A stretch of 63,286 nucleotides of DNA, filler included, from Choristocarpus tenellus KU-1152 (Eukaryota > Protista > Phaeophyceae): assembly GCA_964200185.2 (NCBI GenBank). It is 10 parts of 10 records of this genome, joined end to end, with 100 filler letters (N's around TTAATTAATTAA, not from the genome) between each part and the next. Parts side by side here need not be neighbours in the genome. Positions count along the whole stretch, not along the records: positions 47,182 to 51,806 come from CAXNAD020013745.1; positions 51,907 to 63,286 come from CAXNAD020002355.1; 8 more parts are not named here. One strand, given 5' to 3'. Each line of letters opens with the position of its first letter. Positions within the stretch are counted from its first letter, which is position 1. The notes under the pieces are model-generated. The model ran no database searches. It was not told the DNA's origin and worked only from the letters and a program-made list of their open reading frames with translations. A program made the position numbers and the translations under genes. Below are positions 50,101 through 63,144 of this stretch, piece by piece.

Positions 50101-50816
50101 CGTCATCAGTACGCCCATGCCCTCACTGTCTGCCTTGGTGCTGTAGGGGTTGCAGGGAATCGACAGGTATATACAACTATACTCCGTATCCATAGGGAAA
50201 TCAGTCTATCGCTGTACACCTCCCTACATCACAACACATGAGAGGTGGCACGAACGACGGAGCAAACTCGTCCACCTTCCATGCCTTCATCACAACGCGA
50301 TGCACATGAGCGAATTACAGTACCTGTTAGACCCTTTACTCACGAAGATATAAACACCCTGTCCAGTCCTCCTCCTTAGAGGCAATTCTCCACAAGTCAC
50401 GTTCCTCCCAACCACAAAATATCATTTTCTCCTTCATTCAATCCGAAAACTCCACCCCACTCACTCTTTCAATGAATGGTCCTAAACTAGTTCACATAGA
50501 AGAGTCGACCGGGAAAGCTTTAAGGTAACTCGAACAGGGCGAAAATAGAAGCGAAGAGGATACCTTCGTAGTGTATGCCACACCAATGTCAAGAAAACGA
50601 CAGAGAACAAATATGACCATTGCATCAGAGTCTCCACTAAACTCACATCATCTTTTCTTTCATGAAGGCCAGGTTGACCCAGAGGTAAGACAGGGCACAC
50701 AGTCCAAGGATTATCACCGGCATAAGAGACCACATTTGGCGGAACCGGGAGTTAGATGACTGGCGACCAAGATGCCGGCTAGATCGGTGATAGGGAAGTG
50801 CATCATCTCGAGCCAT
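47182..50816 (-). CDS. Type II membrane protein with long Glu/Gly-rich stem (3'-incomplete; Golgi-enzyme-like architecture)
   Basis: Exon 50816-50647 gives MARDDALPYHRSSRHLGRQ...MPVIILGLCALSYLWVNLAFMKEKM (basic N-tail plus one TM helix). Then exon 50140-50101 and a long open exon 48663-47182 (the 505-aa ORF) running off the contig. Confidence 0.6.
47782..48110 (-). repeat. Three 114-bp (38-aa) coding tandem repeats
   Basis: AACCACCTTCTCTACACCAACAG at 47782, 47896 and 48010; protein unit GEGxGExEQLxxxVGVEKVV. Confidence 0.85.
48719..48741 (-). repeat. Interstitial telomeric repeat (CCCTAA)~4 in intron
   Basis: CCCTAACCCTAACCCTAACCCTA, ~55 nt upstream of the acceptor at 48664. Confidence 0.9.
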
Positions 50817-51926
50817 CAGTGCAGCGAGCTCTTCCCAACCAGCTGTGTGTCACAACCAGACCACTCCTCCTTTGGGTATCTGTCCACAAGGACAAATTAC
50901 CTATTCTCTTGTGTGTTCTCCTATAAATAAACTCGTTGAGTACAGTACTGCCCTAATTGTTCCTACTGTGATATTTTAGACCATTAAGTTGAATTCAATA
51001 TCTACATCCTTTTCCAAATACATCAGAACCTTTGGAAGTAGTCTGTAAACTAATAGATAACACAACACTAAGGAGAGTTTCGATATGAATAGTTATCGAC
51101 ATAAAAATATAAACTAAGTGTTTTTGAATATTGGACATGTTTATGCTTTGAAGTTTTTACACAAGGGGTTTATAAAACATGTATTTTATTCTATATCATC
51201 ACAAATCAATCGACTATCAATACTCCGAAATGGAATAATTGAGATATGAATCGGGTGATTCCAACCTACGGTGTTGGGAATCGCCTCCTACATCAACTTT
51301 GTCGTGCCATAACTCAACAACGATTTTTTTCATGAAAATTAGTTTGTTGTAATCGCATCAGCATGCTTAGCCTTATTTGATGGGTCTCGGTTGGTCAACT
51401 CGCAGTAATCGTGAGAAATACAAGGACCATACTAGAATATAGTAGTTCGCAAGCGCCCACGCATTTAGGGACGATTGACGCCTGAAGAGGCCATCTTCAC
51501 CTGGAGAAAATGCGCGCTGTTATCTCTCCATTATCCTCCATTATTTCCCGTTTATACAATGTTGTCACCTAATGACTGAGGCTCACTTATGGGGACTCGG
51601 TTCTCTGAATCAGACAATCCATTCCAAGACAAATGAGGTATTCTGAAGGTCCAGGCCTCCTGTGTGTGAGACTTAAATGTCTTGTACACCCTGTCCAATT
51701 CGATGCACTCCATGCCTTTCTCGTTGGGATATACAAGGTGAGAAGCAATACTCATCCTGAAGAACCCCTCCACAATTACTCTGGACAGCCCCCCTTCCTC
51801 CTTAAANNNNNNNNNNNNNNNNNNNNNNNNNNNNNNNNNNNNNNNNNNNNTTAATTAATTAANNNNNNNNNNNNNNNNNNNNNNNNNNNNNNNNNNNNNN
51901 NNNNNNGTTGTTTTTGGGGGGGGGGT

Positions 51927-51983
<57 letters not shown>

Positions 51984-54900
51984 GGGTGTATGAAGCTCCA
52001 TCCTGGGACAGGTTTGAGGGGTTTGGGAGATTAATCTTTTAATTTTGTGTGGTGCAAGAGAGGGCGAGTGTAGCTGTGTTGGTGTAGGCAATGTTTACTT
52101 GAGGTTGTGCAAGGAGATATCACGCCCACTCCTTTTTGTCAAGTCTCTGTTAATTTAGTTTTTGTAATGGATCGGCTTTGCACTTTTGTTGCATGTGCTT
52201 GTTGTGCTTCTGAAAGGTGCGACATTCTTGCCTAGAAGTGGATTACAGGAGGGGTACAGAGGTTGTGGGGGGATATGTACCTCAAACTGTGATAGCCATA
52301 TCAATATTTATATTGAATATGTTTTGTGTGTGTTACTTCTCTAGACCTTATCTACAGCGCAGCGCACAGGATTTGTTTTTAACCTTTTGTAATGTTGTGT
52401 TCATGGGATGGGTGAGGGTGGGGGGAGGTGGGCAGTGGAATGTGCCCCCATTCTTCAAGACTTGGGTGATCCCACACATGAGGACTTTTTGCATTGGGTG
52501 GCACTGTTGAAACAGAACAATTCACTCTTCCCCACGTGGAATTGTGCGTGTGATACTTTTACGTTTTAGTTGTGATAATGTGTATGGCATTGGCTTACCC
52601 TTGACTGATTTGTTGCACAGTCTTCTTTTTCTTGCCGATAAGGCCAGCTAACTCGCAGTAAATCAGAGGATGGAGGGGCGGAGAGGGGAGACTCCAGTTT
52701 CCACTCCTGTGCTTGTTCCTGCTGATGCATGTTGTCTTTGATACTATGGTGCTGGCGAGGGTTTTTGAGAGGAGAGGCTGGGGTGGTGTTGGGAAGTGAG
52801 ACCTGTTTCTCAAGCTGCAATTAATATGATTTGTGCAGTCATTCCTGGGTGTTGGATCCTTGATGATGGGTTACAAGGTGTTGTCTTTTTCTTCAACACA
52901 TTAGATCCTTTCTTTGAGGTTTCAAGTCAAGAAAATTGCCCCCCCCCCCCCCCCCCCCCTTTTTTCGTTGGTCTTTGTTTTGTTTTTTTTTTTTTTTTTT
53001 AATTTTTTTTTTTTTTTTTTNNNNNNNNNNTGTAACACATTAAAGCCTTTTTTTGGGGTTTAAAGTCAAAAAAATTGCCCCCCCCCCCCCCCCTTTTTGT
53101 CCTGCGGTGCTTGTCTTGATTTTTTATCATGTAAAGAATTTTTTTAATTTCATCTGTTGTTGCAGGTTGGGGAAAGAGAGGGGTGAGATGATAAGGGATG
53201 TAAGGTGCTAAAAGGATGGTTGCACCCCCGGTCATCCCTGTATTGTAGCACTTGGTGGTAGTATACCATGCTCCCCCTGCCCTGGTCATTGGGCTGGTTC
53301 AACAGCTGGCTATCTCTGGGTCGTACTTAGTGTTCGTGTTGGGGTTGAGACTAATTGTGTGCGTCAGGTGCACAACTGCATGCTGTGAAGCTGTTTGATA
53401 GTTGAATGATAATTGCATATGTGAATGAGTGGATGGTTGGATATGGGGGTTAGGGTTGGTATTATGTGGTCTGTCTCACTCTTTTGCACTCGTGCACTCC
53501 CTACACTCCTGACCAGCATTGATAAGAAATCGGTGTTCAGGTAGTGTGGATCTTTCAGGTACTGGGCAGTAAATGTTTGATGGGGACGTGTTTGAGGTGT
53601 TATTCGGAAAAGTTGATAGCTATGATGGCTAGTGCTACTCAGTTCTTGGTTTATCCACGGTTGATTTTGTTTATTTTACCTCAGATTTTCTTCCCATTTT
53701 CATCTTTTTGCTGGCACGTGTAAGTTGTTGACTTTGAAGGGCATACTCTCAAATATACCTTTGTCGATATGCGCCTACCATGGTCAGCTGGACAATAAAA
53801 ATATTAGGTATTGGGGATAGGGTTGGTGTCTGAGATCAGCAAAATGAGGTTAATGGCATACCAGGGGTGGTGATATTTGAGTAGGTGGCAAAGAGGTAGA
53901 TTGGTCTGTTTGACTCCTTATATGATACGCTTGGGGAGGATCAGTATTGTGAGTTGGCGACTGTCAAGCGTTGTATGTGTGTGTCTCATCATCTCTGGTA
54001 AGGGAGGGAGGGAGGGAGGGAGTGGAGGGGGTGGGGGGAGTCATAGGTTAACATATATATGTAGGCTGGAGGTTGGTCTTTAAGGGGATGTTGAATGATT
54101 GAGGGTCTGGGTGACTGCTGATGTATTTGTCACAGATAGAGTGACAACAGACCTTGGGGGTGTGCTAGCTCACTGGCAATTTGTGTGTTTCAAGAGCTGC
54201 AGCGTCCCATCAACCAGGAATTTTTCTGCATAAGAAGGAAGAAGGGCGGAAGGAGAAGTACGGTGGGCATCATCTGGGAGCGTAGTAGTCCAAACCGTTA
54301 TGTAGGTAAATAAATGGACCATAGGTGGTATGGTCCATGTGCATGGATTTGCCATTGATGGACCTTTTTTGATTTAAGAGTTTTGACTGGCATTCGACTG
54401 CCTGCCCCTGCTTATGATAAAATTTCTAGAATGGATTTGACAAGATGAGCAGCTGGTCTTGCATGCAGTTTTTTTTTATTTAGTGTGATGGAATGAATGA
54501 TGTTAGCATGAATACACATCGATTTATGAAGAGTTGATTGGCAGTATGAAGATTACATTGTGTATTGCTGCATATAATGTGTATTGTCTGTGAAACGCTT
54601 TTGACCTTCACACATCGTTTTTTAGGTTTGACTTGATTATTAGCCAGTTGCTTTGATTGCTGACTGTGTTGCCCTTGTGTGTGCATGCTGGTGCAGTCAC
54701 AAGCTTGGCAGCCTTCTGTACTCATCGAGAGTATTAATTATGATTTATGTGTCCAAGAAGAGATCCCCACTGGATCATCAATTGATTTATAATGGGTTGA
54801 CTCAGTAACAACAATAATAATATTCACCTTATTTTCATCCTTTTTCTGACACAGTTTGGAAATATAAACACGAGGAAGGATCCTCAACCAGACAGGTGTT

Positions 54901-55405
54901 AAGAAACTAACCTGCCCCAAGTCATCAATGCCAGTTCTCTTCTGTAGGAAATAATGCTGTGTTTATGATGCTGTTCATCATTCTTATTAATGTGGTTGTG
55001 ACTCTTTATAGAGAAATAGATGCCCCAGAGTATGTTTCAACTTTTTTTCGTGTCTTTCATTTTCTTTCTTTGACCAACAAAATAATTGAGAAAATCATTA
55101 TGTACTTCGAAGAGCACTCATGTATGTTTTGTCTAACATGTTACATGTTTTTATTGAAGAAAAACCTCATGCAAGCAAGGGTATCACGCCAAAACCCCCG
55201 TAGGTTGGGCACACAGTGATACGATGATATTTTCAGTTCCACAATGAATAGCATGCACTATATAGTACTAGATACGCACATCATAAAACAAGACGAAGTG
55301 AGAGGAACAACAGCACAGGAAGGTAGGAATTTGAAGGAAATATCTAAGGCCAAGCAATAACAACCAACAGTGCTTGCAAGTCATGCATATCAATATGTGT
55401 GTAAA

Positions 55406-58400
55406 TTATTCGTGAACTCCAGGCTCCACAAGGACAGCAGGTGCCTCTCCTCCATTGTTATTATAGTCAGCATTATGAGGTGGAATGCTGCTTTCTTTGT
55501 ACCCAAAGTAATCAGTAGTAGTAGTGCACAATACTACTTCTGGTTTGTGCAGGAGGTGCTCCCGTATGAGGGATAGTGTGGTGTCTTGTTTGTGGGCAGC
55601 GGCGACCTCCTCTGGAGACTGATTGAATCGATTACAGGGAGCTGATAGATCATATCCAAGGTCTGCAAGCTCCTGCTGGGAGTACAGCCGTAATAGATGA
55701 ATGGGCAACGTCCGAGGGTTTGTTGGTTGTTGATTATTGTTATTGTTGGTACAGAAACAACCCAGCGACAATATTTGCTTTGATCATGGACATGGCTGGG
55801 ACGGCTGTAAATGCCGTTCTAGATAGGTCCTCAACATGTGTATAGGTGAATCAGGAGGAGGGGTCAGCAAGAAGGACAGACAAAAAGCATGGAGAAAATC
55901 GATTTCAGGTAAAGAAGGGATGCTGTTGGATGGAGAATATGTGCTTCCTCTGTTTACTCTGAAAGAGATACCACCAAGCACTTTACATCTTGAAGTAGAT
56001 TTAACCCTAGTCCAAAGTTGCATGTCATATACAGTACTTCAAATAAATTGGACTGACGCACTGTTGCTCCAGAGTAGGTACTGGTACCCCCACCATATAT
56101 TATACATAATGAGAAGTGCACGAATGTACTTGGTTGGGACAAAGGCAGTACCCGGTGTGTCCTTGCTCAGCAACAAACCATGGTGTAGCAGGAGGTGTGC
56201 ACTCCACAGCTAGCTACATAGAAAAGCTCACTTACCATGATTAACACTACATACATTCATTTCAGAGACAGTGGGCAAGTGGAGAGTCAAAGTAAATGAG
56301 ACGTACCCAGAGTTACATTTTAAAGATGCTGGCAAGTAAGTCCAAAATTCGACTTTTTTTACCAATGTGTACAGGATATTTTCCGAATTTTGACGAAACG
56401 TTTCAAACAGTAGGGAAATCAACCCTCTTGAGTCAAACTCAGCATATTACCCATAGAAATATGGGTGAATCACAAAAGATAAAAAAACTGGCTTATGATG
56501 CAAAACGGTCAAGAACCAGATACCTCTCGTTTTCCTTGGGTCACTTAGCACTTCAAGTATGTAGTAGCTAGTATTATTACACACTGTACCCAGGCAGTAT
56601 AGAACGGAAAAACACTTACAACCTTGCTTGATTTTCATTCACAATTTGACTGAAGGGCCAGTGCATGACCCAGTTGGATCAGTCAAATGCGACCTGTTGC
56701 TTCTAAATTAAAAGTTCTTGCAAACACTTGATGTTTCATTTTCCTAATATTTTTCTTATTAGTAATATTTCCACACCATACATATGCACACACACCTTGA
56801 TGATATCCACACGTCCAAGGAAAGTAGCGTAGAATATAGGGGTACCGAATCCCTGCCCATCACAAGGTGCTTTGAGGTTGAGACCAAGGTTGTGAAGCTC
56901 TCGTAGAACCCTGCTCCGTGATTTGGGATCGCAATAACAGCGACGGTCGCATCACTATTTTAGGAGTTCACGGGTTAGGCAACACAGATATGGAGTGTGG
57001 GAGATGTCTTTTTTCATTCATTGTGTTTCTTTCTCTGTTCTAAATCCAAGAAGGCTGCTTCATCCACCACAGACACTTTTTTCTGGTCTTGTTTCCACTC
57101 TCATCATAGAAAAACATTCTCTAAGAGCTGTATGGAGGTTGGCAGGCCTGTTTTCTGTGGCATCACCTGCAGGATGTCAACTAGATAGAGAAAGTGTTGT
57201 GTTGTGTCCGAACAAATAGAATTGGGTGTAACCTTTTGTGGCTAAATCAACTTGTTCTTGATCATTCTGACACGAGCATTTCTTGTTTGTGGCGGAAAGT
57301 GTTTTTTTGCAAAGTGCTGAGTTGCTTTTTTGTTCCAAGAGAGAGGTCATACAATATGTTTTTCCTTGTTAGTTGGAGAATGACTCTACACAGCGTACTA
57401 AGAAATTTAAAGGGATGAAACCAAATCATAGGTGAGGGTTTTGATTTTTGGCAGGCACATCACTCTGTATGCAAACACCAGATAAAATAAACTCTGGACA
57501 AGAAGACATTCAGAGATGAGGGAGGGATTGGCTGACTGGAGACGATTGGTCCAGGGTATTCTTGATGTCCCACAGAACACTCCGAACAAGTACTTCAGAG
57601 TACAGAGAAGAGTTACCTGAAGTATCAAACACACAACGTTCTTAATTTGTAAAATTGAAATGATGAATGTGTGATGGTGATATAGGTCAAACAAAACCAC
57701 TATCACTACCACGAGTTTGTAGGTGTGTCTCCTCTATGACTCTATGATCTATCTCTTTGCCTATCAAACAGACGGTGTGGGTGGTACATGCTGGACCTTG
57801 GTGAGTCGCTGAAAATAGCATGGTATGCAGCTGCGTTGCCCAGATCATTTGTTGCTGCTATGTCAACCAGTTTGTTCGTGACAAGCCATGTTAGTCTCTC
57901 CACATCGTCGTTTGCCACTGCCTATCTTTGGGTGGAGGTTTGGGAGAGAAAGAGGGAGAGAGGGAGAGAGGGAGAGAGAAATTTAGAGAGAAATATTCTG
58001 TTTTCGTCATCTATCTGTTGATGTATGTAAGTATCCTGGCTCATGTTGATGAAGTGAAGTTGTGGTGAATTTATTATTTGAATAGAATTGCATGTCACAT
58101 CAGCAAGAGACCTACACTAATCGTAGTCTCCTGCTGTTTCTGTCTTTCTAACAGTATAACATACCAATACTCCATCTCTTGCGCACCACGAAGAGGGGTG
58201 CACCACCCAACTTGTCCAATGAGTGATTTGGAGAGGCAATAGAAGTCTGGTTTGATACTCATCGCTCACTACAAGCTACATTTATATTTATTCGTTGGAT
58301 TCTTCAAAGTATTGAGGGAACGAAATATCATGGGAATAATCAGCCACCAGCATGAACAAACCCACTATCGGTGTGTACAAATAGAGAGCTCTGCGAAGCC

Positions 58401-59143
58401 TCAGTTCCCTCTTTCATTTTCCTCCTTCATGTACAAGGACGACTGATAGGTGGGGAGGCGGTGGTCTCTGAAGCGGGTTATTTTGATTTACGATAATAAT
58501 GCATTCTGGAGTTGTACTACGTACTACCTGAATAGGCAGAACTGTGCTGTTTGATTTTTGAATGGTGGAGCGAGAGATAGGCGGACAGATGGATAGATAA
58601 ATAGATAAATAGAAAAAGAGCTGTCGTATCCAGTTCGAGGTACTTATATATCACCCGCATCATCTCCGACCCATGCAGTTGATGGTGCCACTCCATGAAG
58701 GCCTTTGGAGGAGGGGATCGTGTTGGCCTGCTTGGTTGGTACACGCTTGAACCTGTACCTTCGTCGTCTGTTTCCCTCCCTTCTTCCTCTTCTCCTTCTT
58801 CTGCACATTCCCCTCCCCACTCTCCCCAATTTGCTTGCTCCTCTCCTTTTTTTGCCCCTTCCCACTCCCCTCTGTGCCCCAACTTTTCTTCTTCCAAATC
58901 CTCTCCGCTCGCCACCTCAACTTGGAAGCAGCATCGGAATGATGCCCGATCATTTCACACGAAAGTTGCGTTGCTTGTTTCTCTCCTCTATTTCGTATTC
59001 CAAAGTTCACGGACACGACAGCCCTGAAGACCTGTTGACTAATGACCTACTTCACGTCCCTCACCTTTTTCTCCTGCTTCTTCAATGATACTACCTCCGT
59101 CCAGTGAGGTAGGAACCTGATTGTCACTCGACGAGCCTTTCAT
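55406..59143 (-). CDS. Ankyrin-repeat protein with acidic N-terminus
   Basis: Exons 59143-59065, 58920-58655 and 57921-57797 (MMR|AVANDDVERLTWLVTNKLVDIAATNDLGNAAAYHAIFSDSP, ankyrin pattern). Probable last exon ~55676-55406 (QELADLGYDLSAPCNRFNQSPEEVAAAHKQ...). The junction into the last exon is unresolved. Confidence 0.6.
56284..56542. mobile_element. MITE copy (GAGTCAAAGTAAA...TTCCTTGGGTC) in intron
   Basis: Same length and colinear with 29981-30240. Confidence 0.7.
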
Positions 59144-59504
59144 TTCTTCCACACCTGTTGTGTGGGTATCGGGTGCCGGATACTATAGAGTAGAGCTCAG
59201 TCTATTGTACGCCATGGGATCCTCAAGAAATGTAAGTACTTCTATTATGTAAACATACACCTTGATATACATTGTTTGGAGAGGGTTCATTGTAACAGTT
59301 ACGTTCCTACCCTCATATTCATAACGGCAATGTTGCATTGTGCGGATATCGTGCATACTACAGCGAACACCACACCCAAGGTATTTATAGTGGTATCCAG
59401 GTCGCGTCAAGCCTGCGGTAACCCCGACAATCTGACAATTGAATTGTTGCACCGCAGCGGCACGGGAAAAGGGAAAGTGGGTCTAGTGGACAGACAGACG
59501 CACC

Positions 59505-62500
59505 ATGTCTTTTCGAGAGTTGAGGAGTGAGTTATTCTTTATCACCTCCCGAAGGTGATCGAATTTTAGATCCAAGCGAACTTCACTCGGTTCGATGGGA
59601 AGTAACCCACAAAACACAATCGTGAAGATACCCCTTTCGCTCTTGCAGGAAAGGGTTGAGGGTAAGACAATCACGATAGCAACCTTCCTCAGTCGTCTTT
59701 TTTATGCCCTAGGAGATGTCTTGGTCGCGAAGAGTCTGTTCCCGTATCCTCACATAGTGCCAATACCAGAATAATGCCCCTACAATAGTTCAGACTTTAC
59801 CAATACTTTTCGAAATCGATTGGCTATCCACAGGTAGAATTGAGACTTTCGCGTTAGCTAAGAATAATGTTGTTCCTCCCCTCTCCTCTCCCCTTTCTTC
59901 TGGTCTATTCGGTATCTTGCAACAGACTTCACAGAGATTATGCGGGCCCTGGGATATCCACGCCTGGTATCTGTAGAGAATTTCAGGGCACCTAACTTCG
60001 AACTCGTTGCGGATGCACTGTATTGGATGGTAAAGCGGTACGACCCGGACATCAATATATCTGACAACATCGAAAGCGAGGACGACAGAGTAGATTTCCT
60101 CACTGGAGCAGCAACGGTGAGCAATGCAATGAAGAACTCTTATAGCTGATGATCTGAGAGAGAGCATAGTGATTGACCGAACTTTGGGCAACTGTAGAGA
60201 AGAATTTTCTCTCTCTTACTAGACAGAGTTGGGAGAACGGAAGATAAAAGAGGGGTGGGGATGCCTCGGAGATGACAGAAGTGGTAATTTTGACAGAGGA
60301 AATAGAAGATGGGATTGATCGATCTGGTAGGGGGTTGGAAGCTGGTCGCAATGTAATGATTTGTAGGACAATCCCACTTGTCTTAGCCATTTCCAATCGT
60401 TCAAATTGAATGAAGTGTGTAGTGGGAGGAATTATCTGGATGTGGAAGGAGGAGCAGGACCTGTACGATTTGCAGAGAGGATGAGAGCAACTCAGGACAG
60501 GTTTGAGGGCAACTGATGACAGGAATCAGAGTTGAATATGATACAACATGTTCTCCCAAAGCAAATATAGCATCAACAAACACTGAGGATACTATATTCC
60601 CTACGACTCAGAAAGCATGGTATTGTTTTTATGGGGATAGGGGTTGGTATCAATCTTCAGTGGTGGCAGAGAGGAAGACTTGTGCGTACTGTTGGTTGTC
60701 CAGGACAACACTAGGAAAAAAACACATTTTGTCTACAATGCCATTTATTAAGACAAAGCCTAGAGTCATTACCTCTAATTACATTGTCTGTTTCCTAGGA
60801 CAATGCCTTGGGCCATTTGTTCTACGTTGTCTGCTATCTAGAACAGCACACAGGGTCTTTCGCTTTGTTATGCATGTCCGAGACAACGGTTGTCACAGTT
60901 TGATTGGTAAGATGCATTGTCTGAACAGGGCTTTGTTATGTGTAACACTGAGAACCCCCAGTTGTATTTCGTGCATGTCACCTTGACTGAGGTGTGTGTT
61001 CTTCTATGTTCCACCTGAAGGAGACTTTTTCCTTGCCAAGCCAATTGTTGATACTGAGAAAAATCATGGCTTCAACTCTATATTTATGTGTTACGTATCC
61101 ATATATCTATCCATGGTTTGGGTCTTCCCTTTTCATGTCTCTGATTGGTCCCTAGATTCTTCTTATTGAAAGAAATGCAAGGCAAGACAAGCGAGTGACT
61201 GTAAAGCTAGGCTTATCCTATCTTAGTCGGCCCTCACATTGACCGGGAAGAGTTTTAGCAGGAGGACAGAGGGTATCCTCTGTTGCCTTAGAAACTATGC
61301 AGGTACTCCATACCCTCCATTGGATGCAAGTTCTAATTCCTACCAGCTGCTTAAGTGCACAATCACTACAACACTAATACATATAAATGAAAGGCCCCTT
61401 AAAAGTGATGCCAATAACAATATCAACAATGGAATATAGATGGGTCGGGGATCACACTGAGCAAAATGATCTCAGTGACTCTAGGCTATTTTTGCATCTG
61501 AGAAAACAACACATCTTGAGTAATGTCAGTCACAGAGGAAGGGTTGATCAGGTCAGATAATCCCCTCATTCTATTTGCCAACATCCTTGCCCCTTGCATA
61601 GGCCATGCTAAATAAGGCTCACATAAAGCTCAATGCCAAGAAACTGTACACCGCAGATGGACATGCTGTCAAGGTAGGAGAAGCGCATGATTGTGCTCAT
61701 CCCAATAGACACAGAAAGCGTACAAGAGGGCTAGGTACGGTGGAGGGGTGCTCCAATGTGAGCTGGTAGTACTTGGTGCAGTTTCTGTGAACACACACAC
61801 ACACATTACTACCTAGGGTTAGGGCTAGGGTTAGTCATTCTGGAGGCATGCTCATGGTTGCTCATGCCTTGTATAGTTAATAATTAGCAGGTATGCTTGC
61901 CCTCCTCCTAGTGTATACGACCTAAAACCACTCAAACATCGCACCACAACAAGGCACAGATTGCACTATCTCTAGCACAAAAAATGGAGAACTTTTTGAT
62001 AAGATTCAATTCTTTCAAGAATGACAGTGTGGGGCTTGTTAGGCCATGTGTTAACGGGGAAAAAAGTTCAGATGGTTATGGGTTATCTAGTTATAAATCT
62101 ACCAAACGTTTTGCCCTGTTCAGGAAGTATTCCAATAATCCACTTGCAGACATCACTATTTGTCGTCTAATGAAGTCGCTGTATTCAATATAGTCGACTG
62201 ATTTTTTTTCCATTGACAGTACTGAGCCTCAGTAGGGCACCGAGGCACTCGGATAGATCCTATTACTTACATGTTTCTTGCAGTTCAACCCCAGAGACAA
62301 ATCCTATTCCAACCAATTTCAGGGCGTCATGTCTTATATCTTTTCCCCTGCGCTTCCACCCTCCTATTCCAATATATCTCTCGTAAAACATTTCTGGAAA
62401 TTGCATCGCGTTTCCGCCCAAGTGAGAGAAAATAGCTATCTCTGAAACACTACAAGAAGCCTTGAACCATTCACATTTTGTTGTTGATATTCACCTTTTT

Positions 62501-63144
62501 CTCCACCCTCATAGTGACTGAACTGATCTCTTACACCCTGGCAGGAGTTACTGAAATTAGCATCAGTACTCTATCGAGCAAGTCGGGCCGAGGAGGAGCT
62601 AGGAATCGGAGAGGTAGACCAAGGGGAAGATGGTGCTGAACTATCCTTACTCACATCTCAAGTAAGAAAAAGATTATTTGGTGAATGGGGCTTGGCACCA
62701 AGTTGTGTTTTTCAGGGGGGAAGAAATGCAAAGAAGTTGATGTAGTGTGGGGTGACAAGGCAGATAGTTCAAGAAGGATTCAATGTAGTTTCTTGTTGCT
62801 GATCAGAGCTTGGTTGGTAAGGAACACGGGTCCATCACCAATAGTACCATGGGAGCAATAATGTACGACTGTATAGTACAAAATGGCTTTTCCATTACCA
62901 CCCCCCAACCAACGTTTTCGCCTTTTATGCTTTAAAATAGACCTCAATAGTCATTCTGTCAAACTATCTTGTCACCCTTGCTATCCTCCCCATTCATTGA
63001 TGTCCTTGTTGCCAGCGTGTTAACGTGAAGGAAGTTCGTGCCCTAGCGACGGAGATCACAGAAAAGGGTGCCAGATTATATGACCTCCTGGGGAAAGAGA
63101 AAGAGGCCAGGTCGGAGCGCATGAGGGCCATGGCATTCCTGGAG
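59505..63144 (+). CDS. CLUAP1: CLUAP1/IFT38, N-terminal exons 1-5
   Basis: Exons 59505-59526, 59926-60116, 61602-61673, 62545-62661 and 63016-63144 give [48 protein letters not shown]...[30 protein letters not shown]...RALATEITEKGARLYDLLGKE, the canonical CLUAP1 N-terminus. Confidence 0.95.

Noticed and set aside
51552-51806. Open minus-strand frame at contig end
   Set aside because: Could be a terminal exon or a transposon piece; no identifying motif.
51917-51985. Long poly-G tract / poly-Pro ORF
   Set aside because: Homopolymer at a contig edge; length unreliable, likely a sequencing or assembly artefact.
52660-54310. Candidate plus-strand exons (hydrophobic 52667-52795; 54136 onward)
   Set aside because: Could not be joined into a consistent frame or recognised.
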